Source of the DNA: Candidatus Eiseniibacteriota bacterium
GTDB taxonomy: Bacteria; Eisenbacteria; RBG-16-71-46; JABDJR01
Length of the DNA stretch: 64,000 bases
Reading direction: 5' to 3'
Assembly (NCBI GenBank): GCA_963762255.1
Contig: CAVXKA010000001.1
Span: 1,322,121 to 1,386,120, forward strand
Under the pieces are notes generated by a model. It did not search any database. It saw only the letters and a program-made list of their open reading frames with translations, and was not told where the DNA came from. This document shows positions 20,472-35,126 of the stretch, piece after piece. Numbering within the stretch: position 1 is the stretch's first letter; every line of letters starts with the position of its first letter. Position numbers and translations under genes: made by a program.

Positions 20472-22561
20472 CTACCGGGCCGCCCCCGCCTCCAGCTCGT
20501 CGGCCAGTCCCTTCATGTCGTACACCTTGCGCAGGGCTTCGATGATCCCGGCGGAGTGGACCGCCACGCAGCGGGCCTGGGCGTCATCGTAGGCGTAGTC
20601 CCATCGGAAGGCCTCGATGTTGCCGTCGAAGACTACCCCGACACATTCGCCGTCACGGTTGACCACAGGGCTGCCGGAGTTGCCGCCGATGATGTCGTCG
20701 GTCGTGACGAAGTTGATCGGGGTGGAGAGATCGAGATCGTCGCGATGCGTGATCCAGCTTGGCGGCAGGTCGAAGGGGTCGCGGCCGTCGAAGCTCGCCG
20801 ACCGGCCGTAGAGGCTGTATAGCGTCGTCTTCCACGGCACCAGGGTCGTGCCCGATTCGTATCCCGCTACCTTCCCGTAACTCAACCGCAAGGTGCCGGT
20901 GGCGTCGGGGTAGAGCGAGTCGCCTACCATGTGGAACAGGACGTGCGCGATCCGTCTCCCCTCGGTGGACTCCACGCTCTCGACACGGTCCTCGGTCCAC
21001 GTGCGCAGCTCGCGGTACGGGGCGTCGAGCTTCCGCGCCCACTGAATGAGGGGATCCTCAGATGCCTCCACCGCGGCGCGGCCGCCTTCGATGAGGCTCT
21101 TGCGCACCGCCACGTCTGCGAGACGCGTGCCGGTGATCAGATCATGCGCGGCCGCCGCCGCCGTCTTTCCGCTCAGCGCCGCATTCACGAACGTATCGTC
21201 GGGGCCTAGCGCGTCGAGCATACCCTGCAGCGTCACGCCGAGGATGTACTCCTCCATGTCGGAGAAGACCGGCGCCCGCGAGAAGAGACGAAAGCGCTGG
21301 GAGGCGAGCTTGGGCTCGCGGAACTCGGACAGCCGCTCGCCGTCCGGCTTCTCCACTTCCGCGGTGTAGCGCACGATCGTGTTGGCGATGTCCACGAGGC
21401 GGCTCACCCGGCTCAGGTCGCGGTACTGCGATTCGCGGTTGCGCAGGGCCATCGCACTCCGTGCCCCAGCGATACGGTCCCAGGCGCCGCCGGCCTCTGC
21501 ATTCCATTCCCGGTCGGCGGCCACGCGCGCACGCACCTCGTTCTCTCTCGCCCGCTTCGCCTCCATGAGCTTGGGGTCGGCGAGCACGTCGCGGAATCCG
21601 AAGAGACGCTTCTGACTGTTTTCCAGACCCTTGATGCGGTCCGCCGCCCGCCGCTCCTCTTCCGGTCCCCGCGCCGCGTAGTCGTAGTAGGCCTTGAGAC
21701 GCAGCGTCTGGCGCTCGATGCGGATCGGGATGTCTTGATCGCGGTCGTACTCGATCTGGGCCACGGTCTTGAGACGCGCGGTGGAGCCGGGATGACCGGC
21801 GACGAAGACGGGCTCGCCTTCGTGCGGACCGGTGCGGCTCCAGGGAAGGTAGTCGGTGGAGTGTAGCGGTCCGCCGTTCTCGTACACGCGGAAGAACGCA
21901 GATGTCGAGGTCGTGGCGTGGATACGTGAAGTTGTCGAGATCCCCACCGTAGGCGGCGATGCGCGACTCGGGGGCCATCACCAGTCGCACGTCGGTGTAG
22001 GTCTTGTACCGGTACACCCAGTACTGGCCTCCTCGGTAGAGTTCGACCACCTCCGACTTGAGCCCGGTCGCGCGGGTGGACTCCTCCTCGATCTGCGCGA
22101 TCGCTGCGCGCCGCTGCGCGCTCTGGATCTCGTTGGCGGCGCGCACGTCAACCGCGGCGACCACGCGAGCAGTCACGTCCTCCGTCGAAATGAGAACGCG
22201 CAGCTCCTGATCGGGGCAGGGGACCTCCTCCGCCCGGGTGCGGGCGTAAGAAACCGTCGCGCACGTAGTTGTTCTCGGGCGTCGAGAGCTTCTGGAGTTG
22301 ATCGAAGGCGACGTGGTGGTTGGTGAAGACGAGCCCGTCGGGGGAGACGAACGAGCCGGAGGCCCCGCCGAAGCGCACCGCGGAATGCTGCAGATGGCGG
22401 ATCCATTTCGCTGAGGGCGTGAACTGGTAGCGCTCCTCAAGCTGACGAAGCGGGAGCCGATCGAAGGTCCACATGCCCTCATCGGCGAACGCAGGCGCTA
22501 CGCCGAGTAGGACGAGCCAACCGAACACCGACGCCCCGATCCAACCCCGGCCACCCTGCAT
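20472..22561 (-). pseudogene. S46-family dipeptidyl-peptidase (DPP7/DPP11-like), disrupted by at least two frameshifts (~21890, ~22230)
   Basis: Signal peptide plus DEGMWTFDRLP N-terminal hallmark. Catalytic His region GGASGSFVSPDGLVFTNHHVA. Catalytic Ser region IIGGNSGSPVVN. The protein is spread over three frames. Confidence 0.75.
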
Positions 22562-22588
22562 CGAACTCCCCCTCCCCGGCCGACGCGC

Positions 22589-23821
22589 TCACCGTCTCCG
22601 TTGCTTCTTGATCACCATCTGCACGCGCTTGTTGCGCCCGCCGAACTCGGGGCCCTCCACGACGTCCTTCTTCTCCTCCGGCGGGCGGAAGAGCGAAAGG
22701 ATGGGCGGAGCCCCGTCCCAGGCCACGCGCGGCAGCCGTCTCCCCACCGTGCCCTCGATGCGCTCCAGCTCCATCATGTCCGAGGGTGAGACGAAGGTGA
22801 TCGCGTCGCCCGTAGCGTGGGCGCGGGCGGTGCGGCCGATGCGATGGATGTAATCGTCGGCGCTCGGCGGAATGTCGAAGTTGATGATGTGGGTCACGCC
22901 CTCGATGTCGAGCCCGCGCGCGGCGATGTCGGTGGCGACCAGAATCTTCGCTTCGCCGCTGCGAAACGCACTCAGCGCTTCTTCGCGCTCGCGCTGCGAA
23001 CGGTTGCCGTGGATGGCGGCGACGCTGAATCCTTCCTTGCGAAGCGCCTTGGAGAGGCGCTCGGTGCGCTCGCGCGTGCGGAAGAAGATCAATGCGGACG
23101 GGATTGCCAACTCCTTCAGCACGCGGAACAGGAGCGAGATCTTGTCCTCGGGCTTCACCGGGTAGAGGAGTTGGCGGACGGTCTCCACCGGCTTCGAGAT
23201 GAAGCCGACCGTCACGCGCTCGGGCTCGTGCATCATCGTGCCGGCGAGGTAGGCGATTTCGTCGGGGAAGGTGGCCGAGAACATCAAGGTTTGCCGCTCG
23301 CGGCGCAGGTGGCGGACGATGCGCTTGATGTCGGGGAGGAAGCCCATGTCGAGCATGCGATCCGCCTCGTCCATCACGAGGATGGCCAGGTCGTCGAACT
23401 TCACGTTCGTGCGGGCCATCTGGTCGAGAAGCCGGCCGGGAGTGGCCACGACGACGTGGCGCCCTTCCTTGAGCTCGACCCGCTGCTTGTCGATGCTCAC
23501 CCCGCCGTACACGGGGACCGATTTGATCCCGAGAGGCTTCCCGAACTCCTCGACCACCTCGTGGACCTGCACGGCGAGCTCCCGTGTGGGCACGAGCACC
23601 AGCATCTGGTTCTTACGAACCCGCCCTGCGGCGAGGCGCGTGATGCTGGGGAGCACGTAGGCCAGGGTCTTGCCGGTGCCGGTCTGGGCGAGACCGATGA
23701 GATCCCGTCCTTCCAGCGCGATGGGGATCGCGCGTTCCTGGATGGGGGTCGGCTCCGAGATGTTGCGTTTCGCGAGGACCTGGAGGCAGCGGGGGTCCAG
23801 CCCATATGTTTCGAATGTCAT
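22589..23821 (-). CDS. DEAD-box ATP-dependent RNA helicase (RhlE-like)
   Basis: Q-motif, AQTGTGKT, DEAD, SAT and HRIGRTAR motifs. Basic C-terminal tail. Confidence 0.9.
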   Translation of the reverse strand: MTFETYGLDPRCLQVLAKRNISEPTPIQERAIPIALEGRDLIGLAQTGTGKTLAYVLPSITRLAAGRVRKNQMLVLVPTRELAVQVHEVVEEFGKPLGIKSVPVYGGVSIDKQRVELKEGRHVVVATPGRLLDQMARTNVKFDDLAILVMDEADRMLDMGFLPDIKRIVRHLRRERQTLMFSATFPDEIAYLAGTMMHEPERVTVGFISKPVETVRQLLYPVKPEDKISLLFRVLKELAIPSALIFFRTRERTERLSKALRKEGFSVAAIHGNRSQREREEALSAFRSGEAKILVATDIAARGLDIEGVTHIINFDIPPSADDYIHRIGRTARAHATGDAITFVSPSDMMELERIEGTVGRRLPRVAWDGAPPILSLFRPPEEKKDVVEGPEFGGRNKRVQMVIKKQRRR

Positions 23822-23946
23822 AGAACCCGGCAGTTTACGCGCTTCGCGAGCCGGACACAATGCGCCTCCTTACCGCGCTTCCCGGGGTTCGGTATGCGCC
23901 GCGGCGGCGCTTCCCTTGCGACCCCGCGCCCGCCATAATCCCGCCC

Positions 23947-24870
23947 ATGGCCGCCGAATCCAAGACCGCCATCATCGCCGCCATTCTCGGCAATCTCGCC
24001 ATCGCGATCACGAAGTTCGTGGCCGCGGCGGTCAGCGGAAGCTCGGCCATGCTTTCCGAGGGAATCCACTCGCTCGTGGACACGGGCAACGGGGCGCTCC
24101 TGCTCCTCGGACTGCGCATGGCCCGACGTGCGCCCGACCGACTGCACCCGTTCGGCTACGGCAAGGAGCTCTACTTCTGGAGCTTCATCGTGGCCATCAT
24201 GGTCTTCGCGCTGGGCGGCGGCATGTCCATCTACGAGGGGATCAAGCACCTCGCGCACCCCAAGGAACTCACGAACCCCACGATCAACTACATCGTGCTC
24301 GGCGCGGCCATCGTCTTCGAGGGGATCTCGTGGAGCATCGCCTACCGCGTGTTCCTCCGCGAGAAGGGGACGAAGCGGACCTGGTCGGTGGTGCACGATA
24401 CCAAGGACCCCACGACAGTCGTCGTGCTCTTCGAGGACACGGCGGCGTTGCTCGGTCTCGCGGTGGCGTTCCTCGGCGTGTTCTTCGGCCACATGCTGCA
24501 CAACCCGTACCTGGACCCGGCGGCGTCGGTGGTGATCGGACTCATCCTGGCCGGCGTCGCGCTGCTGCTTGCGATCGAGAGCAAGGGGTTGCTCGTGGGC
24601 GAGAGCGCGGACCCGGATGTCCAGCGCAGCATCCAGGAGATCGCTCAGCGCCACCCGGCGGTGGAGTTGGCGCGCGAGCCGATGACCTTGCACATGGGAC
24701 CCGACGACATTCTCCTCAACCTGAGCGTGCGTTTCCGGCGCGAGCTGGATGCCGAGGGCGTGGAGCGGGCGATCGACGAGATCGAGGCGGCGGTGCGGGC
24801 GAAGCATCCGGGCATCCATCGCATCTTCATCGAGGCGAACGCGGTGGCGGGAAGGCGGGAGTCGCCGTAG
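23947..24870 (+). CDS. cation diffusion facilitator family transporter (CzcD/FieF-like)
   Basis: Six TM segments and HSLVDTGN-type TM2 motif. Cytoplasmic C-terminal domain. Confidence 0.85.
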   Translation: MAAESKTAIIAAILGNLAIAITKFVAAAVSGSSAMLSEGIHSLVDTGNGALLLLGLRMARRAPDRLHPFGYGKELYFWSFIVAIMVFALGGGMSIYEGIKHLAHPKELTNPTINYIVLGAAIVFEGISWSIAYRVFLREKGTKRTWSVVHDTKDPTTVVVLFEDTAALLGLAVAFLGVFFGHMLHNPYLDPAASVVIGLILAGVALLLAIESKGLLVGESADPDVQRSIQEIAQRHPAVELAREPMTLHMGPDDILLNLSVRFRRELDAEGVERAIDEIEAAVRAKHPGIHRIFIEANAVAGRRESP

Positions 24871-25009
24871 CCCCGGACGGAATGAAGGGCCTTGGATTGC
24901 CCCCACGTTCCGGGGTAGACTTTTCGCAGGGACATTCAGCACGTCCCTCTGTTGCCAAGCCATTGTGACCCCTTAGCGGCAATTACCCGTACCCGAGCCG
25001 GATGAAACC

Positions 25010-25285
25010 ATGGCAATCACGGTCCACGTCCCGGGAGCGTTGCGTTCCTACTGCGGAGGAGTCTCGCGCATCACGCTGTCTGCTCCCACCGTCCGCGCCG
25101 CCCTGGAGCAGATCGAGACGAGTCATCCCTCGCTCCACCGCAACATCTGCGATGAGACGGGCGCGGTGCGCCGACATATCAACCTGTTCGTGAACACCAC
25201 CCACATCCGCGACCTCGCGGGGCTCGACACCGTCCTCTCCCCGGGGGACGAGGTCCTCGTCGTGCCCGCGGTCTCAGGAGGTTGA
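25010..25285 (+). CDS. MoaD/ThiS-family ubiquitin-like sulfur-carrier protein (C-terminal Gly-Gly)
   Basis: 91 aa with beta-grasp-like composition, ending ...VVPAVSGG* directly at the stop. Confidence 0.7.
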   Translation: MAITVHVPGALRSYCGGVSRITLSAPTVRAALEQIETSHPSLHRNICDETGAVRRHINLFVNTTHIRDLAGLDTVLSPGDEVLVVPAVSGG

Positions 25286-25287
25286 GC

Positions 25288-26400
25288 ATGGCCGATCGAG
25301 TGATCCTCTCCATTGGAACCAAGAAGGGGCTTTTCATCGCGGAGGGGGCCAAGCCCCGTCGCAAGTTCACCCTCCGAGGGCCGTTCGGCGCCGGTGTTCC
25401 CGTGTACTCGACCTTGATCGACGCCCGCAGCAAGCCGAAGATCTACTCCTCGAGCTGCAACCCGTTCTTCGGGATGAAGGTCCTGCGCTCGACCGATCTC
25501 GGCAAGACCTTCAAAGAGACGAAGTCGGCCCCCGCCTTCTCCAAGGACGACGGTCGCGCCCTCGCCAACATCTGGGCGCTGGAACCGGGACCGGAAAAGC
25601 AGGAGGTGTGGGCGGGGGTCGAGCCCGCTTCGCTCTTCCGGAGCGGCGACGGGGGCGACACGTGGGAGATGGTCGACGGCATCAGCAATCACGCGCACGC
25701 CCGGAAGTGGCAGCCGGGGGCCGGCGGGCTCTGCCTGCACACGATCCTGCGCGACGGGGACCGTGTGCACCTCGGGATCTCGACGGGCGGCCACTACCTG
25801 AGCGAGGACCGCGGGGAGACATTCGAGGCGTCCAACCGGGGAGTGGGGGCGGGCTTCTCCCCCGATCCGTATCCCGAGTTCGGCCAGTGCGTGCACAAGA
25901 TCGCGGGGCACAAGGACGCCCCCGGCCGGTTCTACATGCAGAACCACGGCGGCTGGGCGGAGTGGGACGGGCCGGGCGGCCGCCGGCCCGACATCGGCGT
26001 GCTGCGCAGCGACGATCACGGGAAGTCGTGGCGCTCCATCGCCAAGGGGCTACCCTCCGATTTCGGCTTTCCCATCGTGGTCCACCCGCACGACCCGGAT
26101 ACCCTCTACGTGGTTCCGCTCGAGCCGATGACCCGTACCTGTCCCGGAGCCAGCCCTGCGGTCTGGCGAAGCGAGAACGGCGGAGATTCCTGGCGCAAGC
26201 TGGCGAAGGGGCTGCCGAAGAAGGAGAGCTTCTTCACCGTCCTGCGCGACGGGATGGACGTGGACGAGCTGCCGACGCCCGCGCTCTACGTAGGTACCAC
26301 AACCGGGCAGCTCTGGATGGGGCGGGACGGCGGCGAGGAGTGGGCCTGTCTCTTCGACTCCCTTCCGCCGATCAACTGTGTCAAGGTGGCGGTGGTGTAG
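25288..26400 (+). CDS. BNR/Asp-box repeat beta-propeller protein (sialidase/Ycf48-like fold)
   Basis: Five S-x-D-x-G-x-T-W/F Asp-boxes (STDLGKTF, SGDGGDTW, SEDRGETF, SDDHGKSW, SENGGDSW). RBS CAGGAGG. Abuts the MoaD-like stop. Confidence 0.75.
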   Translation: MADRVILSIGTKKGLFIAEGAKPRRKFTLRGPFGAGVPVYSTLIDARSKPKIYSSSCNPFFGMKVLRSTDLGKTFKETKSAPAFSKDDGRALANIWALEPGPEKQEVWAGVEPASLFRSGDGGDTWEMVDGISNHAHARKWQPGAGGLCLHTILRDGDRVHLGISTGGHYLSEDRGETFEASNRGVGAGFSPDPYPEFGQCVHKIAGHKDAPGRFYMQNHGGWAEWDGPGGRRPDIGVLRSDDHGKSWRSIAKGLPSDFGFPIVVHPHDPDTLYVVPLEPMTRTCPGASPAVWRSENGGDSWRKLAKGLPKKESFFTVLRDGMDVDELPTPALYVGTTTGQLWMGRDGGEEWACLFDSLPPINCVKVAVV

Positions 26401-26492
26401 CCGGGGGGGACGTGATCGTGGTGCCTCCCGCTCAGACGGAGAAGGTCGTGCGGGACGCCGCCGAGGCCGCTCGGAAAGTTGCCGCGTAGGGA

Positions 26493-28172
<1,680 letters not shown>

Positions 28173-28230
28173 CGATTGCCTCACAATGTGAAAGAGAGCG
28201 GAGAATAATAGCGAAGAAGCGCCCGAAACG

Positions 28231-29229
28231 CTAATCGATCCAGGGCGAGGTGGGCGGCGTGAAGAGGAAGCCGAGCGCGACTCCGGCGCCGACGCCGGCC
28301 AGCTCGTAGGCCCACGCGCGGCCTCGGCGGGCGTCCGCCGTCGGCGGACCCGCGTGCAGGAGCGTCACCGCGAGCCCCGCGCCGGCCCCGATCGCGGCGC
28401 CGGCGGCTACGTCGGTGGGGAAGTGGGCTTGCGCGTCGACACGCAAGAGCGAAGTCACGGTGGCCAAACCCCCGGCGAGCGCTCCGTTGAGGAAGTGAAC
28501 GCGGGGAGGAAGATCCGGCCGGCGCGCGGCAAGGACACCCACCGCGGTCATGGACGACGCCCATGCGATCGCCGTGTGGCCGGAAGGAAACGATGCGAAC
28601 GCGTCTCCGGCGGCGGTGTCATAGAAAGAGTCATGCGGCAGGTCGCCCCGCGCAGCGTAGGTGAAGGGCCTTGGCCGCGACGTCAGATCCTTGAGAACCA
28701 GCGTGATCCCCGTGGCAACGAGTACGGCCTCGGCCTGAGCGCGCAGGGTGATCTCTTCGGCAAGCACGAGACGATCGGGGCCGCGCGTTGATGCCGTCAT
28801 CGCGGCGGGGTAGAGCACCGCGCCGGCCCGGAAGAGACCGCTAACGGTGTCCGCACCGCGAGAGGGCCGGCCGAGGGCGCGCCGGTCGAGTCCCCAGTGG
28901 ATATCCCGGCGCGACAGTCCTTCGTCCGGCACTGCCCGCATGTCGGGAGAGAGAAGGAGTCCGGCGACGGTGAGCGCTCCGCCCGCCCCGGTCACGACCG
29001 CGTCGCGGGCGGAGAGCCGTAGCCGTGAGTCCCGGGCCGGCGTCGCGGGTGCGTTGGCCGGCAGCAAGTCCTCGACGGGGGCGGGCGCAGGATCCTCGGC
29101 GGCCTGGACCCGGTCCGAGCATGTCCCAAGGATGAGAGCGACGGCCAGCGTGTATCTGAGAGCGATGCGTTGTCGGCACCCCGTGGGGCGTTGTCGGAAA
29201 GGCCTCAAGGCTTGCCTCCTGGAAGTCAA
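28231..29229 (-). CDS. PAP2-superfamily phosphatase (membrane/secreted)
   Basis: [15 protein letters not shown] and [11 protein letters not shown] motifs (KxxxxxxRP / PSGH / SRxxxxxHxxxD). Confidence 0.8.
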   Translation of the reverse strand: MTSRRQALRPFRQRPTGCRQRIALRYTLAVALILGTCSDRVQAAEDPAPAPVEDLLPANAPATPARDSRLRLSARDAVVTGAGGALTVAGLLLSPDMRAVPDEGLSRRDIHWGLDRRALGRPSRGADTVSGLFRAGAVLYPAAMTASTRGPDRLVLAEEITLRAQAEAVLVATGITLVLKDLTSRPRPFTYAARGDLPHDSFYDTAAGDAFASFPSGHTAIAWASSMTAVGVLAARRPDLPPRVHFLNGALAGGLATVTSLLRVDAQAHFPTDVAAGAAIGAGAGLAVTLLHAGPPTADARRGRAWAYELAGVGAGVALGFLFTPPTSPWID

Positions 29230-29332
29230 CCGAGAGGCCTATGATATCCGACGACGAGACGACCCGCGCCCGGACATTCCGATCCGGGCCCCGGCGCAGT
29301 CGATTGAATGTCCACGAAGGAGGACTTGAATC

Positions 29333-30064
29333 ATGTTCCGCCGACTGATTCTCTTGAGTGCGTTCAGCGTCCTGGCCGCGGTTCTGCTCACGTGTCCGCG
29401 TACATTTGCTCAGTCCCCAAAGGAGATCGAGAGCGAGCAGGAGTTCAAGCCCGAGCTGCAGCAGTTCCCCGATGACCCCGGCGCCGGATTCGTGGTGGTG
29501 GATGAGGGCCTGTGGCAGGCGCTCTCCGAGCAGCCACAACAGGAGTTCGAGGGAGCAATCCAGTCGTTGGCCAAGGGCGACACCAAGGGAGCGGCCAACA
29601 ACATCCGCAAGGCGGCGGCGTTCACACGGCTTGCCGGAGGACATAGCCTTCCCGCCACGCAACGGCTCCTCTATGACCAGCTCAAGGATCTCATGAACCT
29701 CGCTGGCGCCGTGCAGTCCGGCACGGCGACGACCCGCGACCAGCTTGCCCCGACGTTCGCCCGCACCTTGGAGGCTCTGGCCGAACATCACGCGGCGCGC
29801 GCGGAAAAGTTCTGGGCGTCGGGCAAGGGCCAGCCGACGGGGAAGAACCTGGCCGCTGCTGTTCAAGACTTTCGCTGGGCACAGGCATGGGGTAGCGTAC
29901 CCTCCACCGCCAGCCGTGACGCCTTGTTGAGCGATGCGGAGACGGTCGGCTTTCAGCTCGACCAGAAGAAGAGCCTCGAAGGGCCTGACGTCACATCCAA
30001 GATCGTCCACCTCGTCACCGAGCTTGAAATGTACCGCGCGGAGCTGAGCCCTCCCGCCAAGTAG
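29333..30064 (+). CDS. hypothetical secreted protein
   Basis: Signal peptide MFRRLILLSAFSVLAAVLLTCPRTFA. RBS GAAGGAGG. Confidence 0.55.
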   Translation: MFRRLILLSAFSVLAAVLLTCPRTFAQSPKEIESEQEFKPELQQFPDDPGAGFVVVDEGLWQALSEQPQQEFEGAIQSLAKGDTKGAANNIRKAAAFTRLAGGHSLPATQRLLYDQLKDLMNLAGAVQSGTATTRDQLAPTFARTLEALAEHHAARAEKFWASGKGQPTGKNLAAAVQDFRWAQAWGSVPSTASRDALLSDAETVGFQLDQKKSLEGPDVTSKIVHLVTELEMYRAELSPPAK

Positions 30065-30091
30065 AATTGCCCGCGAAGGGAGGAATTCGAA

Positions 30092-31465
<1,374 letters not shown>

Positions 31466-31505
31466 GCCCTCCTGAAGAATCCCCTTGCCTCCGCGCAACA
31501 TCAAA

Positions 31506-31515
31506 ATGATATCAT
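31506..31515. promoter_or_regulatory. perfect 10-bp palindrome ATGATATCAT in the AT-rich region upstream of the SPFH gene (putative operator/promoter)
   Basis: Seen directly; embedded in caacatcaaaATGATATCATtcgtatatcag. Confidence 0.25.
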
Positions 31516-31570
31516 TCGTATATCAGCGGCAATGGCGGGGGAAGGTCCTCGCCCTCACAGGAGGAAGTCG

Positions 31571-32431
31571 ATGATTCAGGAACGCGAAGGCAACCAGATC
31601 CCAGGCTACGGTCCGCTCTTCCTGGGGCTCGCGGTCATGGCGGGCTCCATCTTCATGTTCATCCAGGCGGTGGACGCGGGGCTCTTCCCGATCCTCGGAG
31701 CGATTCTCGTGTTCGTGATCGCGTTCATTTTTCTGACCGGGCTCTTCGTGGTGAACCCCAACGAAGCGAAGGTGCTTCAGATCTTCGGCGACTATGCCGG
31801 CACCGCGAACAAGGCCGGGTTGCGATGGGCGAACCCGTTCTATACGAAGCGCAAGGTCTCGGTGCGCGTCCGCAACTTCGAGACCGGCAAGCTCAAGGTG
31901 AACGACAACGCCGCCAACCCGATCGAGATCGGTTGCGTGGTGGTGTGGCGGGTGATGGACACCGCCGAGGCGCTCTTCAACGTGAACGACTTCGAGGATT
32001 TCGTGCACGTGCAGAGCGAGGCCGCGCTGCGCAACCTCGCTACCGGATATCCCTACGTGTCCCATGAGGGCGAGATGTCGCTCTCGGGGAACACCGCCGA
32101 GGTCTCGGTGCGGCTGCGCGAAGAGATCCACGAGCGGCTGGCCAAGGCCGGGGTGGAGGTGCTCGAGGCGCGCATCAGCCACCTGGCCTATGCGCAGGAG
32201 ATCGCCGCGGCCATGCTGCAGCGGCAGCAGGCGGCGGCGGTGGTGGCGGCACGGCAGAAGATCGTCGAGGGCGCGGTGGGTATGGTGGAGACCGCGCTGG
32301 AGATGCTCTCGCAGAAGAACGTGATCCATCTCGACGAGGAGCGCAAGGCGGTCATGGTCTCGAACCTGTTGGTCGTGCTCTGCAGCGACCGTCACACGCA
32401 ACCCGTGGTGAACACGGGGAGCTTGTACTAG
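31571..32431 (+). CDS. SPFH/band-7 (stomatin/HflK-like) domain membrane protein
   Basis: N-terminal TM segments then an SPFH core. RBS AGGAGG. Confidence 0.75.
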   Translation: MIQEREGNQIPGYGPLFLGLAVMAGSIFMFIQAVDAGLFPILGAILVFVIAFIFLTGLFVVNPNEAKVLQIFGDYAGTANKAGLRWANPFYTKRKVSVRVRNFETGKLKVNDNAANPIEIGCVVVWRVMDTAEALFNVNDFEDFVHVQSEAALRNLATGYPYVSHEGEMSLSGNTAEVSVRLREEIHERLAKAGVEVLEARISHLAYAQEIAAAMLQRQQAAAVVAARQKIVEGAVGMVETALEMLSQKNVIHLDEERKAVMVSNLLVVLCSDRHTQPVVNTGSLY

Positions 32432-32440
32432 AAGGCGATC

Positions 32441-32665
32441 GTGTCCGAGCGCAAGAACTTCCCGCTCCGCATCGATCCCGAGCTCTACGCGGCGCTACGC
32501 CGCTGGGCCGATGACGAGCTGCGAAGCGTCAACGCGCAGATCGAGTTCCTTCTTACCCGCTCGCTGCGGGAAGCGGGGCGAGCGCCTCGCACGCACGATT
32601 CCCGCAGCGCACCGGGGAAGGAGCCGGAGACGCCCGGTCGGGGCGGCCCGTCCGTGGCGGGCTAG
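32441..32665 (+). CDS. Arc/MetJ-type ribbon-helix-helix DNA-binding protein
   Basis: [32 protein letters not shown] is a typical RHH beta-strand plus helices. GTG start. Confidence 0.5.
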   Translation: MSERKNFPLRIDPELYAALRRWADDELRSVNAQIEFLLTRSLREAGRAPRTHDSRSAPGKEPETPGRGGPSVAG

Positions 32666-32754
32666 AACGACCTGGTGACGATGGGGAGCGCAGCCTCGCC
32701 CCGCTTGCCGACAATGCTCTATCATCGTGCCTCATCCCGCGAAAGGGGCATGGC

Positions 32755-34998
32755 ATGAGCACGGTGAGCACCCAGACCTCCGCAGCACCCATCCTGCAAC
32801 GGCTTCCGGGGGACGCGGTCCGCCGGATCATGTGGCGGTACACCGACCGGCCGGACCTGGAGCAGTTGGTGCGCTCGGCGCGCGAGGTGGCTCGCGGCCC
32901 GGTGGCACGGCTCGTCGCCGAGGGCGGCCGGCACTCGAACGCATGGGACGAGAAGAAGGCCGCGCTCCTCACAGCGTTCGACGCAGCTGGGATCACGTCG
33001 ATCTCCATCGATCCCCCGAACGGAGGACGCTTCGACGGCCTCAGGAATCTTGCGCTGGGGCTGGCCGCGTTCGAGCTGGCGTGGGTGGACGGCGGCGCCG
33101 CCACCACGTGTCTGGCCGGGCATCTCGCGCTGGCGCCGCTTCAGGAGAAAGGAACGCCCGAGCAGGTCGCGACCACCATGGCCCGGTGCGCGCCGCCGCT
33201 GCCGGGTGAGAAGCGCGTTCCCTGGCGCGGTGCGTTCTGCCTCACCGAGCCGCTCCCGTACGTCGGCGTCGACACCGGCATCCTCTCTGGCAAGGTGAAG
33301 GTGGCGCGTTGGGAAAAGGGCGAGGAGCCGGTGCTGCACGTGGAGAAACGCGGCCGCTTCATCACCAACATGGATTTTGCCAACTTCGTCGTGGCGGCGG
33401 TGGAATCCGCGGACCCGCGGCTCTCCGGAAGCTGCATGGTGCTGCTGGAGGAAGGTGATCCCGGTGTCTTCGATCGCGGCGCGCCCACCCGCAAGCTCGT
33501 GCACCAACTCTCCTCCAACCGCGATCCGGTGTTCAGCCTGGACGTGCCGGCGAGCCGCATCGTGGGAGGATACGCGATCGAGAGCGGCACGATCGTTCCG
33601 CGCTACAACCACCGCGAGGTCATCGAGTCCGTGTTCCGGCGGACGCGGGTCACGGTCGGGCTCTTGACCGCGTCGAAGCTCCTCTCCTCCGTCGAGCCGT
33701 TGATCCGCTACCAGCGCGAGCGCTTCCGCGGCGGAGAGCGCGGCGCGCCGGGTTCGCCGAGGCAGGATCTGGGCTTGCAGACCAAGGAAGACGTGCTGCA
33801 CCGGCTCGTCGACGTGTGGGCGACGGGTGAGGCGAGCGCCTCGGTGGGCTTTGCCGCGGCGCGCTTCTTCGATGGATTCGACGACATGGAGCAGCGCCGC
33901 GAGGAGATCTTTGCCGAGGCCGGACTGAAGCCCGACCGCGCGCGCCCGCGCGATCTTGCTCCCCATCGCAAGCTCGCCGTGGAGTACGTGCGGCAGGCGG
34001 GACGCGGGCAGCGCGAGCGCAACCAGGCCCGATTCGACGAGCTGGATCGCAATCGACTCGTGCGTTTTCTGGTAGAGGACGCGCTCGCCGAGGTGATCTG
34101 CCCGGCGGTGAAGCTCTGGAACACCGGGCAGGGGACGAACATGATGCGCGAGGCGGTGGGCCTCATCGGCGGCTACGGCATCACCGAGGATTGCCCCGGG
34201 TTTCTCGGCCAGAAGTGGATGGACGCGCAGTTCGAGGCGACCTACGAGGGGCCCGAAGCGGTGCAGCGGCGGTTGCTCGCCGCGGCCATGACCAACCCCG
34301 TTTTCCTCGCGATACTGGACAACTGGATCGACGAGATGCGCTCTATTGGTGCGCGCCGTCCCGGCACCGGCGCCTGCACGCTGGCCACGGCCATGGAACT
34401 CTGGCGCTGGTCGTTGCGCTATCTGCTGCGCGCGCGCGATGCCGAGGGGAAGCCCCTCTATCGCGGGGAACGTCAAGGCGTCACCTTTCCCATGGCCGAC
34501 GCGCTGGCGTGGCTCCTCGCTTCGCGGTCGCAGATCCTCGATCTGCTCGAGTTGGAAGAGAAGGGCGCGGACGACGCGGAGCTGGCCGGTGAGTACGCCG
34601 GTCTCGTCGCGTTCACCACCGATCTCTGTCACGTGCAAGCGGCGCGGGCGGCGGGGGAGACTTCGCGGCTCTGCACCGAACTCGTGTTCGGATACAACCG
34701 GCATCCAGCCTGGGATTGCGAAGGAGCTGGATGCTACCGCGCGGAGGAAGTGGAGGCGCTCGAAGGGGTCATGCCCGGGTTCGCGGCGTACGCACCGGAG
34801 ATGGCCGACGTCATCGCCGTCGACGGATCGCATGCGATGAAGGCCGGGCCGTGCGTGAAGTTCCGCGGTATGGAGGCGTTCACGCGATTGCGCGGGAAAC
34901 TCGATGGGTGCCTCACCGGCGCGCGGCTGGCCAAGGACCGCGCGGCGCACGCGCTGACCGAGGTCGCGATTCCGGAAGCGTTGGACTACCCGGCCTGA
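32755..34998 (+). CDS. large acyl-CoA dehydrogenase family protein
   Basis: 747 aa with ACAD middle/C-terminal domain-like segments. The long antisense ORF 32722-35133 is a shadow. Confidence 0.6.
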   Translation: MSTVSTQTSAAPILQRLPGDAVRRIMWRYTDRPDLEQLVRSAREVARGPVARLVAEGGRHSNAWDEKKAALLTAFDAAGITSISIDPPNGGRFDGLRNLALGLAAFELAWVDGGAATTCLAGHLALAPLQEKGTPEQVATTMARCAPPLPGEKRVPWRGAFCLTEPLPYVGVDTGILSGKVKVARWEKGEEPVLHVEKRGRFITNMDFANFVVAAVESADPRLSGSCMVLLEEGDPGVFDRGAPTRKLVHQLSSNRDPVFSLDVPASRIVGGYAIESGTIVPRYNHREVIESVFRRTRVTVGLLTASKLLSSVEPLIRYQRERFRGGERGAPGSPRQDLGLQTKEDVLHRLVDVWATGEASASVGFAAARFFDGFDDMEQRREEIFAEAGLKPDRARPRDLAPHRKLAVEYVRQAGRGQRERNQARFDELDRNRLVRFLVEDALAEVICPAVKLWNTGQGTNMMREAVGLIGGYGITEDCPGFLGQKWMDAQFEATYEGPEAVQRRLLAAAMTNPVFLAILDNWIDEMRSIGARRPGTGACTLATAMELWRWSLRYLLRARDAEGKPLYRGERQGVTFPMADALAWLLASRSQILDLLELEEKGADDAELAGEYAGLVAFTTDLCHVQAARAAGETSRLCTELVFGYNRHPAWDCEGAGCYRAEEVEALEGVMPGFAAYAPEMADVIAVDGSHAMKAGPCVKFRGMEAFTRLRGKLDGCLTGARLAKDRAAHALTEVAIPEALDYPA

Positions 34999-35126
34999 GC
35001 CGCGGGCGGCTGGCGGCTCCATCGCGCCGGAGCGCGCCTTCGGCCCCGGACGGGTCCCGGCCGTACCTGCTAAAGTACTCGGCCGCGGGAAAGCGCCTCC
35101 CGCGCATTGGAAAGGAGACCACGCGC

